Shown here: positions 54,236-64,000 of the stretch, piece after piece
How positions within the stretch are numbered: the first letter of the stretch is position 1
How the letters are laid out: each line of letters opens with the position of its first letter
Assembly: GCA_041191745.1 (NCBI GenBank)
Contig: JBEEOG010000146.1
Span: 2,229-66,228, forward strand
DNA: 64,000 nt
Source of the DNA: Pseudomonadota bacterium
Lineage (GTDB): Bacteria; Pseudomonadota; Alphaproteobacteria; Rhodobacterales; Rhodobacteraceae
Direction of reading: 5' to 3'
The notes under the pieces: model-generated
What the model was told of the DNA's origin: nothing
Seen by the model: the letters and a program-made list of their open reading frames with translations, nothing else
Database searches by the model: none
Position numbers and translations under genes: made by a program

Positions 54236-55408
54236 TCAGCCCCGCGCGGGCTTGGGCCAGTACTGCCGCGCGGCGGCCAGCGCGAATTGCAGGGCCAGCC
54301 CGCCGCCGATCAGGGCGGCATCCATCGCCACCGTATGGGGCAGCGTGTGGCGCACGGCCTGCAGGCCGATGCACATCATGCTGCCCAGCACGAAGACGGG
54401 CAGGGCATGGCGGCCCAGCAGCTCCAGCGGCGCGGCAAGCCTGTGCGCGCAGGCGCGGCGCACCACGGGCAGGGTGGACAGGAAATAGGTCAGGGCAAGG
54501 ATGTGCAGCAAGCGCGGCGCGGTGACGAAGGGCTTGTCGAACGAGGTCAGGTTCCACGGCGCGCCGGTGTATTCCTTGACCAGCCACAGCGTATGGCCCA
54601 TGGCGCGCGACACTTCGGGCACCTGCGTGGCCAGAAGCGAAAAAGCAAGGAAGCCGCCCGTCAGCCATTGCAGCCACGGCAGCACGGGGACCAGCCGCCG
54701 CCCGTCCTTCATCGCCACCCCGACCAGAAGGCCGGTGACGAAGATCACCTGCCACGTCACGGGGTTGAAGAACCAGTTGCCCTCCATCGGCCAGTTCGGA
54801 AGGCCCCAGCGGAAGATGCCCGCCACGAACCACAGAAGGACCGCCCCCGCCCAGAGCCGCATCGGCCAGCGCCATGCGGCGAACAGGGCGAAGGGCGCGA
54901 AGAACAGCAGCACGAGGTAAAGCGGCAGGATGTTGATATAGCCGAACTGGTGCAGCAGAAGCGGCAGCGCGACCAGCGTCTCGAGCGGTTGCAGGAACAG
55001 GTATTCGAAGTTGTTCTGGAACAGGATCTGCGCGTCGCCCAGCCACAGGACCGCCCCCGCCGCAAGGGCCAGCGCGCCCGCCGTGGTCAGAAGATGGGCC
55101 AGATAGATCGTCCAGACGCGTTTCCACACGCGGGTCAGGCCGGTCACGAACCTTTCGCGCAGCCGGAAATCGGCCGAATAGGCCAGACCCGCCGCGATGC
55201 CCGACATCATCACGAACCCCTCGGCCGCGTCGGAAAAGCCGAAATTGCGCGAGGTGAACTGTTCGAACACGTTCTTGGGGACGTGGTTGATGAAGATCAT
55301 CACAAGGCAAAGCCCGCGAAAGACATCCAGACGCGGATCGCGGGGCGCTTTGGCAGGTGGGACGGTCACGCGCGCCTTGTCGGCCGCGGACCTCTGAATG
55401 TCATGCAT
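54236..55408 (-). CDS. opgC: OpgC periplasmic glucan succinyltransferase
   Basis: RDPRLDVFRGL..IFINH, FGFSDAAEGFV..SG, NILPLY, FNP..WQ; follows opgH. Confidence 0.92.
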   Translation of the reverse strand: MHDIQRSAADKARVTVPPAKAPRDPRLDVFRGLCLVMIFINHVPKNVFEQFTSRNFGFSDAAEGFVMMSGIAAGLAYSADFRLRERFVTGLTRVWKRVWTIYLAHLLTTAGALALAAGAVLWLGDAQILFQNNFEYLFLQPLETLVALPLLLHQFGYINILPLYLVLLFFAPFALFAAWRWPMRLWAGAVLLWFVAGIFRWGLPNWPMEGNWFFNPVTWQVIFVTGLLVGVAMKDGRRLVPVLPWLQWLTGGFLAFSLLATQVPEVSRAMGHTLWLVKEYTGAPWNLTSFDKPFVTAPRLLHILALTYFLSTLPVVRRACAHRLAAPLELLGRHALPVFVLGSMMCIGLQAVRHTLPHTVAMDAALIGGGLALQFALAAARQYWPKPARG

Positions 55409-57185
55409 GTGTCACCGCAGGGCCGGACAGGTCCGGCTCGACCGGCGCCTCCATGCCCTGCCAGCGGTCAAGGATCAAGTGCTGCAATTGCATGACGGCT
55501 GCGGTTTGCCGTTCGGTCGGGGTGGTGAAGGTCGCGCTCCGGCTGGGGCGCGAGGACCACGCGATCAGCACGGGGGCCGCCACCATCGGCAGCGCGACGG
55601 GCAGAAGCCACGGCACCAGCGCGGGCGACAGCCACTGCGCGAGCCCGAGCCCCGCCGCGCCCGAGGTGACGATCCAGTGGCTGGCCGCCCATGCATCGGC
55701 CAGCGACAGCGTGCCGTCGCCGCGCGTCTGGGCGGGCCAGCCGCCATCCGCCCCGCGCAGCACCTGCAGCACCGACCGCGTCTGGTACATCAGGAACACC
55801 GGCGCGGTGATGGAGGAGAAGACAAGCTCTCCGAACACCGATTTCGCGCTGCGAAGGACCCCCCCGAAGCCGCGCGTCCGCCCGCGCAGGCCCGCGTCGA
55901 TCAGGATCAGAAGCTTCGGCACGAACAAAAGCCCCACGACCCCCACCGCCAGCCCCAGCGCCTTGGAGGTCTGGCTGACCGGCAGCACGGGAAAGGGCCA
56001 GTAATCCACGGGGAAGTAGTCCACGGGGGGCGCGAACAGCGGTGCCGCGATCGAGGCCAGAAGGAAGGCCAGCCAGAAGACGGGCGAGATATAGGCAAGG
56101 ATGCCCTGAAGAAAGACGAAGCGGCTCCACATCCTCAGGCCCGGGGCCAGCAGCAGGCGGGAATGCTGCAGGTTGCCCTGGCACCAGCGGCGGTCGCGCT
56201 TGGCGTGATCGACGATGTTCTCGGGGCCTTCCTCGAAGCTGCCCTCGATGTCGTCATCGACCCGCACCGTCCAGCCCGCGCGGGCCAGAAGGGCCGCTTC
56301 GACATAGTCATGGCTCAGGATATGGCCGCCGAAGGGGGGCTTGCCCGACAGTTCCGGCAGGCCGCAGCTTTCGGCGAAGGCGCGCACGCGGACGATGGCA
56401 TTGTGGCCCCAGAACGGCCCCGTGCGCCCCTGCATCATGGCAAGGCCGCGGCAGAAGACGGGGGTGTAGAAGGACGCCGCGAACTGCATCGCGCGGCCGA
56501 AGCGCGAGCGGGCATGGATGATCTTGGGCAGGGTCTGCAGCAGGCCGAGGTCGGGGGCCGCCTGCATGCGGCGCACCATCTCGACCATCGTCTCGCCTTC
56601 CATCAGGCTGTCGGCGTCGAGGATGATGGCGAAGTCATAGGCCGCGCCCGCGCGCTTGATGAAATCCTCGATATTGCCGGCCTTGCGGCCCTTGTTGGAC
56701 TGGCGGCGGCGATAGAAGATGCGCCCCTCGGCCCCCGTTTCCGACAGAAGGCGCAGGAACCAGTGGCGTTCCTTCTGCGCCACGCCCTCGTCGCGGGTGT
56801 CCGACAGGATGGCGAAGTGGAACAGCTCGCGGAACCCCGTCGCCCGAAGCGAGGCGTCCATGGCCGCGATACGGGCAAAGGTGGCGACGGGGTCTTCGTT
56901 GTAGACGGGCACGAGGATCGCCGTGCGCGCAGTGATCGGCCCCGCCACGCGCGGCTGGACGGGCGGGCGCGTCGTCAGCCCCGCCAGCGCCTGCGCCGCC
57001 CCCCAGGCCAGCCAGAAGGTCGAGGCGAAGATCAGCGCCGAGCGCAGGATGTCCATGACATCCAGCCCGTCCGCCGCCCCGAATTGCAGGAAAAGCAGAA
57101 ACCCACCCCATGCGGCAGCGACGCTGGCTGCCAACGCGACCGACCGGGTCAGGACGACCCGGCCTTCATGGGGATGGGGCGGCAC
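55401..57185 (-). CDS. opgH: Glucan biosynthesis glucosyltransferase OpgH/MdoH
   Basis: PVYNED, GRKAGNI, LDADS, FWGHNAI, SHDYVEAAL, RDRRWCQGNLQH. Confidence 0.97.
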   Translation of the reverse strand: MPPHPHEGRVVLTRSVALAASVAAAWGGFLLFLQFGAADGLDVMDILRSALIFASTFWLAWGAAQALAGLTTRPPVQPRVAGPITARTAILVPVYNEDPVATFARIAAMDASLRATGFRELFHFAILSDTRDEGVAQKERHWFLRLLSETGAEGRIFYRRRQSNKGRKAGNIEDFIKRAGAAYDFAIILDADSLMEGETMVEMVRRMQAAPDLGLLQTLPKIIHARSRFGRAMQFAASFYTPVFCRGLAMMQGRTGPFWGHNAIVRVRAFAESCGLPELSGKPPFGGHILSHDYVEAALLARAGWTVRVDDDIEGSFEEGPENIVDHAKRDRRWCQGNLQHSRLLLAPGLRMWSRFVFLQGILAYISPVFWLAFLLASIAAPLFAPPVDYFPVDYWPFPVLPVSQTSKALGLAVGVVGLLFVPKLLILIDAGLRGRTRGFGGVLRSAKSVFGELVFSSITAPVFLMYQTRSVLQVLRGADGGWPAQTRGDGTLSLADAWAASHWIVTSGAAGLGLAQWLSPALVPWLLPVALPMVAAPVLIAWSSRPSRSATFTTPTERQTAAVMQLQHLILDRWQGMEAPVEPDLSGPAVTHA

Positions 57186-57188
57186 CGG

Positions 57189-57368
57189 TCAATGTCCGGC
57201 CTTGGTCGCCCGCGCGGGGCGCAAGAGCGACAGCAGCGCCGCAAGCGGCGAGGCCTGCGGGGCTTCCAGCGGCTGGACCGGCATGGCCAGCGGTGCTTCG
57301 GGCAGCGCGCCCGTCTTGGCCACGCGGCTGTCGGTTTCGAACTGCGACTGGTTCGACAGATCGGTCAT
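57189..57368 (-). CDS. opgI: Small protein OpgI (59 aa)
   Basis: Between opgG and opgH, overlapping the opgG stop; LPEAPLAMPVQ motif; matches opgGIH order. Confidence 0.7.
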   Translation of the reverse strand: MTDLSNQSQFETDSRVAKTGALPEAPLAMPVQPLEAPQASPLAALLSLLRPARATKAGH

Positions 57369-58975
57369 TTCGCGTTGATCCACTGATTGAGCCAGTTTTC
57401 CGTCAGTCGGCGGCCAAAGCCCGCCACATGGGCGGAAAGTTCCACGACCGCGCCGTCTTCGGCGGCCACGTCCATCACCAGCCGCCAGATCCCGTTGTCG
57501 GGGATGCGTTCCAGCGTCGTGCCGGTCAGTTCGGCATTGGTCACCGTCACCACGGCTTCCACGGGGGCTTCGGCTTCCAGCGTGCCCAGCATGCCGCCCT
57601 TGAAATCCACCACGAACTTGCGCGTGCCTTCCTTGGCCTCCACGCCTGCGAAGCCGCCATGGCCCGACCGCGTCTCGTAGACATAGGCGAGCGGTTCGCC
57701 ATCGTCATGCGGCAGGTCGCCCCAGTGCAGGCGGTAGGCGAATTCGCGCGCGTCGCCCGCCTTGGCGGGGGCTTCGGGAATCCAGTAGGCCACGATGTTG
57801 TCATTGGCTTCCAGATCCGACGGGATCTCGACCAGACGGACATGGCCCGCGCCCCAGTCGCCCATCGGTTCGACATCGAGCGAGGGGCGGCGGTGGTAAT
57901 GCGCGCCCGTATCCTGATAGCTTTCGAACTTGCGGTCGCGCTGGTGCAGGCCGAAGCGGCGGGGCGCGATCTCGGCGAAGTAGCTGCCGGTCAGTTGCGG
58001 CGGGTTGTTCAGCGGCCGCCAGATGATGTCGCCATCGGCGCGTTCGATGCGAAGCCCGTCGCTGTCATGCACGTTGGGGCGGTAGTCGTCGAATTCGGCG
58101 CGGTTCTTCTCGGAAAAGAGGAACATCGACGTCAGCGGCGCGATGCCCAGTTCGGCCACATCCTGACGGAAGAACAGACGGCAGGTCGTCTCCATCACCG
58201 TTTCGGCGCCCGGGGTGATGACGAAGCGGTAGGCGCCCGTGACGCTGGGGCCTTCCAGCGTGGCATAGACGGTGACCTGCTGGCTGCCCGCGGGGCCGCG
58301 TTCCATGTAGAAGCGCGAGAAGCGGGGGAATTCCTCGCCCTTGTCGGTCGCGGTGTTCAGCGCAAGGCCGCGCGCCGACAGGCCATAGGCCGAATTGCGC
58401 CCCAGCGCGCGGAAGTAGCTTGCGCCGACAAAGGCCACCAGCTCGTCCAGCTTGTCGGGGCGGTTCAGCGCGTAATTCAGCCGGAAGCCCGCCACGCCGG
58501 GAAGCTTGGCATGTTCCGGCACGCGGGCGGCAAGATCGTTGAGGTATTCGAAATCGTCGGTCGAAAAGCGCATCTCGACCGACTGGCCGTTGGCGACCTC
58601 GTAGATCCGCACGGGTTCGGGGAAGAGCCAGCCCATGTGGAACGCGCCGAGGCGGAAGTTGCTGCCCTCTTCGGCCCAGCGCTGCCGGTCGTCGCGGAAG
58701 CGGATCAGGCGGTAGTCGTCATAATCCAGCTCGCCCAGAAAGCCTTCGGGCGCGGGGGCGGTGGCATGCGGCTGGGTGGCCAGCGCGCGCATCTCCTCGC
58801 TCAGCAGGTCGAAGCTGAATTGCTGCGGTGCCGCATCGGCTTCGGGCGCGGCTGTGCCCGTGTCTTGTGCAAAGACCAGATCGGGCCGCAGCGCCGCCAT
58901 CGGCACGAGGGCCGCCGTAATCGAGAGGAGGGTCCGACGCGAGACGGAACCGCGAGACAAGGGAATTGCCGACAT
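57365..58975 (-). CDS. opgG: Periplasmic glucan biosynthesis protein OpgG/MdoG
   Basis: Tat signal SRRTLL; LDYDDYRLIRF, GASYFRA, YGLSARGL, EEFPRF, VHDSDGL. Confidence 0.96.
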   Translation of the reverse strand: MSAIPLSRGSVSRRTLLSITAALVPMAALRPDLVFAQDTGTAAPEADAAPQQFSFDLLSEEMRALATQPHATAPAPEGFLGELDYDDYRLIRFRDDRQRWAEEGSNFRLGAFHMGWLFPEPVRIYEVANGQSVEMRFSTDDFEYLNDLAARVPEHAKLPGVAGFRLNYALNRPDKLDELVAFVGASYFRALGRNSAYGLSARGLALNTATDKGEEFPRFSRFYMERGPAGSQQVTVYATLEGPSVTGAYRFVITPGAETVMETTCRLFFRQDVAELGIAPLTSMFLFSEKNRAEFDDYRPNVHDSDGLRIERADGDIIWRPLNNPPQLTGSYFAEIAPRRFGLHQRDRKFESYQDTGAHYHRRPSLDVEPMGDWGAGHVRLVEIPSDLEANDNIVAYWIPEAPAKAGDAREFAYRLHWGDLPHDDGEPLAYVYETRSGHGGFAGVEAKEGTRKFVVDFKGGMLGTLEAEAPVEAVVTVTNAELTGTTLERIPDNGIWRLVMDVAAEDGAVVELSAHVAGFGRRLTENWLNQWINAK

Positions 58976-59261
58976 GTTTGTCTTGTAACCCAAAGGTTTC
59001 ATACGCGTCAGGGGGCCTGCGCGACTCAGCGCGGCATATAGGTCAGAGAACAAGCGGCCTGCAAGGCACGTTCAACCGCCTGTGAAGGCGCAGGCACGAT
59101 TCTGCCGCAGGCTGCGCTGCGATCTGCCCAAAAAAGCGCCCAACCGTCGCTGCAGGTGCGAAAAACGTCCGCGCCGCGGATGCGGGGGGGCCGCGCGGCG
59201 CGGGCTTGACAGTGCTTCGGGCTTGTCGGACCCAAGGCCCGTGGCAGGGATGGAACGGCGG

Positions 59262-62200
59262 ATGGCAGGCTGGGAATTCTGGATCGACCGTGGCGGCACC
59301 TTCACCGATGTCGTCGCCCGCCGCCCCGACGGCCACGTCGAGACGCGCAAGCTTCTGTCCGAAAACCCCGAACGCTACGGCGATGCCGCCGTTCAGGGCA
59401 TCCGCGACGCGCTGGGGCTTGCGGCGGACGCGGCGATCCCCGCGGGGGCCATCGACGCGGTCAAGATGGGCACCACCGTCGCCACCAACGCCCTGCTGGA
59501 GCGCAAGGGCGAGGCGGTGCTTCTGATCGTGAACCGCGGCTTTGCCGATCTGTCGCGCATCGGCACGCAGGCCCGCCCCGCGCTGTTCGATCTGCACATC
59601 CGCCGCCCCGATCTTCTGCATGCGCGCGTGGTCGAAGTGGCGGGGCGGCTGGATGCGGCGGGGGCCGAAATCGAACCGCTGGACGAAGCCGCCGCCCGCG
59701 CGGCGCTGCGCGATGCGCGCGGGTCGGGTATCCGTGCCGTCGCCGTGGCGCTGATGCATGCCTGGCTGAACCCCGCGCATGAGGCGCTTGTGGGTGCCAT
59801 CGCCGCCGAGGAAGGGTTCACGCAGATCTCGCTTTCCCATCAGGTCAGCCGTCTGGCCAAGATCGTGGCACGCGGGGATACGACCGTGGTCGATGCCTAC
59901 CTGTCGCCCATCCTGCGCCGCTACGTCGCGCAGGTCGAAGCGGCGCTGGAGGCGGGACAGGCCGCGGGGCAGGTCGCCTGCAAGCGACTGCTCTTCATGC
60001 AGTCGAATGGCGGCCTGACCGAGGCGCGGCGCTTTCAGGGCAAGGATGCGATCCTGTCGGGCCCCGCGGGCGGGATCGTCGGCATGGTCCGCACGGCGGA
60101 AGCGGCGGGGTTCCGGCGGCTGATCGGCTTCGACATGGGCGGCACCTCGACCGATGTCAGCCATTATGCGGGGACCTACGAACGCTCGTTCGAGACCGAG
60201 GTGGCGGGCGTGCGGATGCGCGCGCCGATGATGGACATCCACACCGTCGCGGCGGGGGGCGGGTCGATCTGCACCTTCCGCGACGGCCGTCTTCAGGTCG
60301 GCCCCGAAAGCGCGGGGGCCAATCCCGGCCCCGCCTGCTATCGCCGCGGCGGGCCGCTGACGGTGACGGATTGCAACGTGATCCTCGGCCGCCTTTCGCC
60401 CGCGCATTTTCCGGCCGTCTTCGGCCCGAACGGGGACGAGCCGCTGGACGTATCCGCCGTCAAGGTGCGGCTGCGCGCGCTCGCGGGCCGGATCGCGGCG
60501 GAAACGGGGGGCGAGCCGCCCACGCCCGAGGCGCTGGCCGAAGGTTTCCTGCGGATCGCCATCGACAACATGGCCAACGCGATCAAGAAGATCAGCGTGC
60601 AGCGCGGGCATGACGTGACGGGCTACACGCTGCAATGCTTCGGGGGCGCGGGCGGGCAGCATGCCTGCGGCGTGGCCGATGCGCTGGGGATCAGGTCCAT
60701 CTTCATCCATCCCCATGCGGGGGTTCTGTCGGCCTATGGCATGGGCCTTGCCGACCTGCGCGCGGGGCGCGAGGCGCAGTTCGACGCGCCCCTTGCCGCG
60801 CGGGACGAAGCCGCCGCCCGCGTCGCCGCGCTGGAAGCCGAGGCGCGCGCCGACCTCGCCGCGCAAGGGGTGCCGGATGCCCGCAGCGAAGCCCGCGCCC
60901 ATCTGCGCTATGACGGGTCCCACCAGCCGCTGGAGGTGCCCTTTGGCAGCGCCAAGGACATGCAAACGGCGTTCGAGGCCGCCCATCACGCCCGTTTCGG
61001 CTTCACCTCGCCCGAACGCGCCATCCTGTTCGAGATGCTGGCGGTCGAGGCGATCGGCGGCGGCGCGGCCCTGCCCGAAGCCGCCCCGCCCACAGGCGAC
61101 GGCAGGCCGATGGACCGACTGCCCATCCATACCGACGCCACCCTGCAGGACTGCGCCTTTTACGACCGCGCCAGCCTTGGCGCGGGGGCCACGGTCGCGG
61201 GGCCGGCGATCATCCTCGAACCCACGGGGACGACCTATGTCGCGCCGGGCTGGGGGGCGACGGTGGACGCCCGCGCCAACCTGATCCTGACGCGGGCCAC
61301 GGCCGCCGCCCGCCCCCCCGCGGCGGGGACCGATGCCGATCCCGTGCTGCTGGAAGTCTTCAACAACCTCTTCATGTCGGTGGCCGACCAGATGGGCGCG
61401 ACGCTGGCCAACACGGCGTGGAGCGTGAACATCAAGGAGCGGCTCGATTTCTCCTGCGCGATCTTCGATGCGGCGGGCGATCTGGTGGCCAATGCGCCGC
61501 ATGTGCCCGTGCATCTGGGCAGCATGTCGGATGCGGTAAAGACCGTGATGCGGGATACGGCGGGGCGGATCCGCGACGGCGATGCCTATATGCTCAACAG
61601 CCCCTACAACGGCGGCACGCATCTGCCCGACGTGACGGTGATCACGCCGGTTTTCGTGGATGGCACGGCGGCCTTCTGGCTGGGCTCGCGCGGGCATCAT
61701 GCCGATATCGGCGGGCGCACGCCCGGATCATCGCCCCCCGACAGCCGCACGATCACCGAGGAAGGCATCCTGATCGACGTCTTTCCGCTGGTCAGCGAAG
61801 GCCGCCTGAACGAGGCCGAGACGCGGGCGCTGCTCGCCTCCGGCCCCTATCCCTGCCGCGCGCCGGACCAGAACATGGCCGACCTGAAGGCCCAGATCGC
61901 CGCGAACGAGACGGGCCGCCGCGAATTGCTGAAGGTGGTGGCCAGCTACGGGGCCGATGTCGTTTCGGCCTATATGGGCCATGTGCAGCGCAATGCCGAA
62001 GAAAGCGTGCGGCAGGTGATCGACCGCCTGTCGGACGGGGCATTCACCTACCCCATGGATATCGGCACGCAGATAGCTGTGCGCGTCACGGTCGACCCTG
62101 CTACCCGTTCCGCGACGGTGGATTTCACCGGCACCTCGCCCCAGCATGCGGGAAATTACAACGCGCCCAAGGCCATCGCGCGGGCGGTGGTGCTTTATGT

Positions 62201-62858
62201 GTTCCGCACGCTGGTGGGCAAGAACATCCCCCTGAACGAAGGCTGCCTGCGCCCGATCACGCTGGTGATCCCCGAAGGGTCGATGCTGAACCCGCGCCCC
62301 CCCGCCGCCGTGATCGCGGGCAATACCGAGGTGTCGCAGGCCGCCTGCAACGCGCTTTACGGCGCGCTGGGCGTGCTGGCGGCGGGACAAGGGACGATGA
62401 ACAACTTCGTCTGGGGCAATGACCGCTTCCAGAACTATGAAACCATCTGCGGTGGCACGGGGGCAGGGCCGGGGTTTGCGGGTTGCGACGCGGTGCAAAG
62501 CCACATGACCAACACCCGCATGACCGATCCCGAAATCCTCGAGATGCGCTTTCCGGTGCGGCTGGAGGAGTTGTCGATCCGCCACGGATCGGGCGGGGCG
62601 GGGCAATGGCGGGGCGGCAACGGCGCGGTGCGGCGTCTGCGCTTTCTGGAACCCGTCAAGGTGACGACGCTCTGTTCCTCGCGCCGGATCGCGCCCTTTG
62701 GCGGCGATGGCGGCGGGGCGGGCGCGGTGGGCGAGAACCGCGTGATCTGGCCCGACGGGCGGGTGGAGGTGCTGGACGGAAACGACGAGCGCGACCTGCC
62801 CGCAGGGGCCGCGTTCGAGATGCGGACGCCCGGTGGCGGGGGCTGGGGGCGGGCCTAG
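59262..62858 (+). CDS. ATP-dependent 5-oxoprolinase / hydantoinase A+B fusion
   Basis: [60 protein letters not shown]. Confidence 0.93.
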   Translation: MAGWEFWIDRGGTFTDVVARRPDGHVETRKLLSENPERYGDAAVQGIRDALGLAADAAIPAGAIDAVKMGTTVATNALLERKGEAVLLIVNRGFADLSRIGTQARPALFDLHIRRPDLLHARVVEVAGRLDAAGAEIEPLDEAAARAALRDARGSGIRAVAVALMHAWLNPAHEALVGAIAAEEGFTQISLSHQVSRLAKIVARGDTTVVDAYLSPILRRYVAQVEAALEAGQAAGQVACKRLLFMQSNGGLTEARRFQGKDAILSGPAGGIVGMVRTAEAAGFRRLIGFDMGGTSTDVSHYAGTYERSFETEVAGVRMRAPMMDIHTVAAGGGSICTFRDGRLQVGPESAGANPGPACYRRGGPLTVTDCNVILGRLSPAHFPAVFGPNGDEPLDVSAVKVRLRALAGRIAAETGGEPPTPEALAEGFLRIAIDNMANAIKKISVQRGHDVTGYTLQCFGGAGGQHACGVADALGIRSIFIHPHAGVLSAYGMGLADLRAGREAQFDAPLAARDEAAARVAALEAEARADLAAQGVPDARSEARAHLRYDGSHQPLEVPFGSAKDMQTAFEAAHHARFGFTSPERAILFEMLAVEAIGGGAALPEAAPPTGDGRPMDRLPIHTDATLQDCAFYDRASLGAGATVAGPAIILEPTGTTYVAPGWGATVDARANLILTRATAAARPPAAGTDADPVLLEVFNNLFMSVADQMGATLANTAWSVNIKERLDFSCAIFDAAGDLVANAPHVPVHLGSMSDAVKTVMRDTAGRIRDGDAYMLNSPYNGGTHLPDVTVITPVFVDGTAAFWLGSRGHHADIGGRTPGSSPPDSRTITEEGILIDVFPLVSEGRLNEAETRALLASGPYPCRAPDQNMADLKAQIAANETGRRELLKVVASYGADVVSAYMGHVQRNAEESVRQVIDRLSDGAFTYPMDIGTQIAVRVTVDPATRSATVDFTGTSPQHAGNYNAPKAIARAVVLYVFRTLVGKNIPLNEGCLRPITLVIPEGSMLNPRPPAAVIAGNTEVSQAACNALYGALGVLAAGQGTMNNFVWGNDRFQNYETICGGTGAGPGFAGCDAVQSHMTNTRMTDPEILEMRFPVRLEELSIRHGSGGAGQWRGGNGAVRRLRFLEPVKVTTLCSSRRIAPFGGDGGGAGAVGENRVIWPDGRVEVLDGNDERDLPAGAAFEMRTPGGGGWGRA

Positions 62859-64000
62859 CCTTCGACCCCGCCCTGACCCGCCGACCGGAACCATTCGACG
62901 ATCTTGGCCCGTTCCTCGGGTTCCATGTAGCTTAGATTCGCGGGTGGCATGGCGTGGGAATAGCCCGACTGCATGGCGATGCGCCGCGCCTCGTGCGCGA
63001 TCTGGGCGGGGGTTTCCAGCACCACGTTCTTGGGCGGCCAGTACATGCCCTCCCACACGGGTTCGGCCGCGTGGCACATGGAACAGCGGCCCTGCACGAT
63101 CCCCACCACCTCGTCGAAGCCTTCCGCGCTGGCATAGACCAGCGCGGCACCCGACAGGGCGGCCCCGTCCCCTTCGCCCGCATCCACATGCCGCATGGGG
63201 GCGGTGGACAGCCATGCGATGAGCAGGAACAGGATCGCCGTCGCACCCCATGTCCAGTGCGGGCTGCCCTTGCCCGCGTGCTGGCTGTTGAAGAAGTGCC
63301 GGATCGTCACGCCCATCAGGAAGACAAGGCTGGCGATGATCCAGTTGTATTCCGTGGCAAAGACCAGCGGGTAATGGTTCGACAACATCAGAAACAGCAC
63401 GGGCAGCGTCAGGTAGTTGTTATGCGTGCTGCGCTGCTTGGCGATCTTGCCGTATTTCGGGTCGGGCGTGCGGCCTGCCTTCAGGTCGGCGACCACGATC
63501 TTCTGGTTCGGGATGATGACCATGAAGACGTTCGCGCTCATGATCGTTGCGGTGAACGCTCCCAGATGGATCAGCGCCGCGCGGCCCGAAAAGACCTGCG
63601 TATAGCCCCATGACATCGCCACCAGCACGACGAACAGCGCCACCATCACCAGCGTCTGGTTCGCGTTCACAAAGACCTTGCAGATGGTGTTGTAGGCGAT
63701 CCACCCGAAGGCCAGCGAGGCGACGGAAATGGCGATGGCCTGCCATTGCGCCAGTTCCATCACCGCCGGATCGATCAGATACATGTCCGCGCCGAGGTAG
63801 TAGACCAGCGCCAGCATGGCAAAGCCCGACAGCCATGTGGCGTAGCTTTCCCATTTGAACCAGATCAGGTGTTCGGGCAGCCGCGCGGGCGCCACGAGGT
63901 ATTTCTGGATGTGGTAGAAGCCACCGCCATGGACCTGCCATTCCTCGCCATGCGCGCCGGGGGGCAGGTCGGGCGATTTCCGCAGGCCGAGGTCGAGCGC
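62855..64000 (-). CDS. puuD: Membrane urate hydroxylase PuuD with C-terminal cytochrome c, 5'-truncated by window edge
   Basis: Frame open to window end: [38 protein letters not shown]. Confidence 0.92.
   Translation of the reverse strand, partial: ALDLGLRKSPDLPPGAHGEEWQVHGGGFYHIQKYLVAPARLPEHLIWFKWESYATWLSGFAMLALVYYLGADMYLIDPAVMELAQWQAIAISVASLAFGWIAYNTICKVFVNANQTLVMVALFVVLVAMSWGYTQVFSGRAALIHLGAFTATIMSANVFMVIIPNQKIVVADLKAGRTPDPKYGKIAKQRSTHNNYLTLPVLFLMLSNHYPLVFATEYNWIIASLVFLMGVTIRHFFNSQHAGKGSPHWTWGATAILFLLIAWLSTAPMRHVDAGEGDGAALSGAALVYASAEGFDEVVGIVQGRCSMCHAAEPVWEGMYWPPKNVVLETPAQIAHEARRIAMQSGYSHAMPPANLSYMEPEERAKIVEWFRSAGQGGVEG

Noticed and set aside
59060-59106. sigma54-like boxes between opgG and the oxoprolinase gene
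   Set aside because: TTGAAC-N5-TTGCA lacks the GG, and GGCACGATTCTGC has 9 rather than 10 nt between GG and GC
62855-62858. Convergent oxoprolinase and puuD stops overlapping in CTAG
   Set aside because: Common compact convergent overlap; no evidence of function
1-64000. tRNA, rRNA, transposase or integrase genes
   Set aside because: None recognised; nearly all sequence is explained by the listed CDSs

Overview
GC-rich alphaproteobacterial chromosome, most likely Rhodobacteraceae/Paracoccaceae (inferred from gene content). The window opens with the 3' part of ccoP, then ccoGHIS (cbb3 oxidase assembly, with an FnrL box) and a BrnT/CopG-type toxin-antitoxin pair. Positions ~5.8-53 kb hold a motility region resembling the Rhodobacter (Cereibacter) sphaeroides fla1/cheOp3 system: flgGHIJKL, sltF, fleQ, fliD, motAB, fliC, rpoN, fliOPQR-flhB, motF, fleT-fliEFGHIJKLMN, a split-kinase cytoplasmic chemotaxis operon (cheA4-cheR-cheB-cheW-ppfA-tlpT-cheY6-cheA3) and fliS. 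The window ends with an aldo/keto reductase, opgGIHC, a fused 5-oxoprolinase/hydantoinase and a partial puuD. Eight sigma54-like and five sigma28-like promoter motifs can be read directly, and they place several uncharacterised genes inside the flagellar regulon. The best candidate for an undescribed system is the right end of the region (50.9-53.3 kb): a sigma28-like promoter ahead of a nitrile-hydratase-leader-like protein and a secreted Sel1-repeat protein, next to a second FliL, a 71-aa sigma54-linked protein and a cysteine-less glutaredoxin-like protein. Also notable: a PDZ/DUF2628-like gene coupled to motF, an Aer2-type PAS-heme signature in the soluble chemoreceptor, and a remnant kinase domain in CheA3. 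All calls come from motif recognition by eye; no database searches were run.
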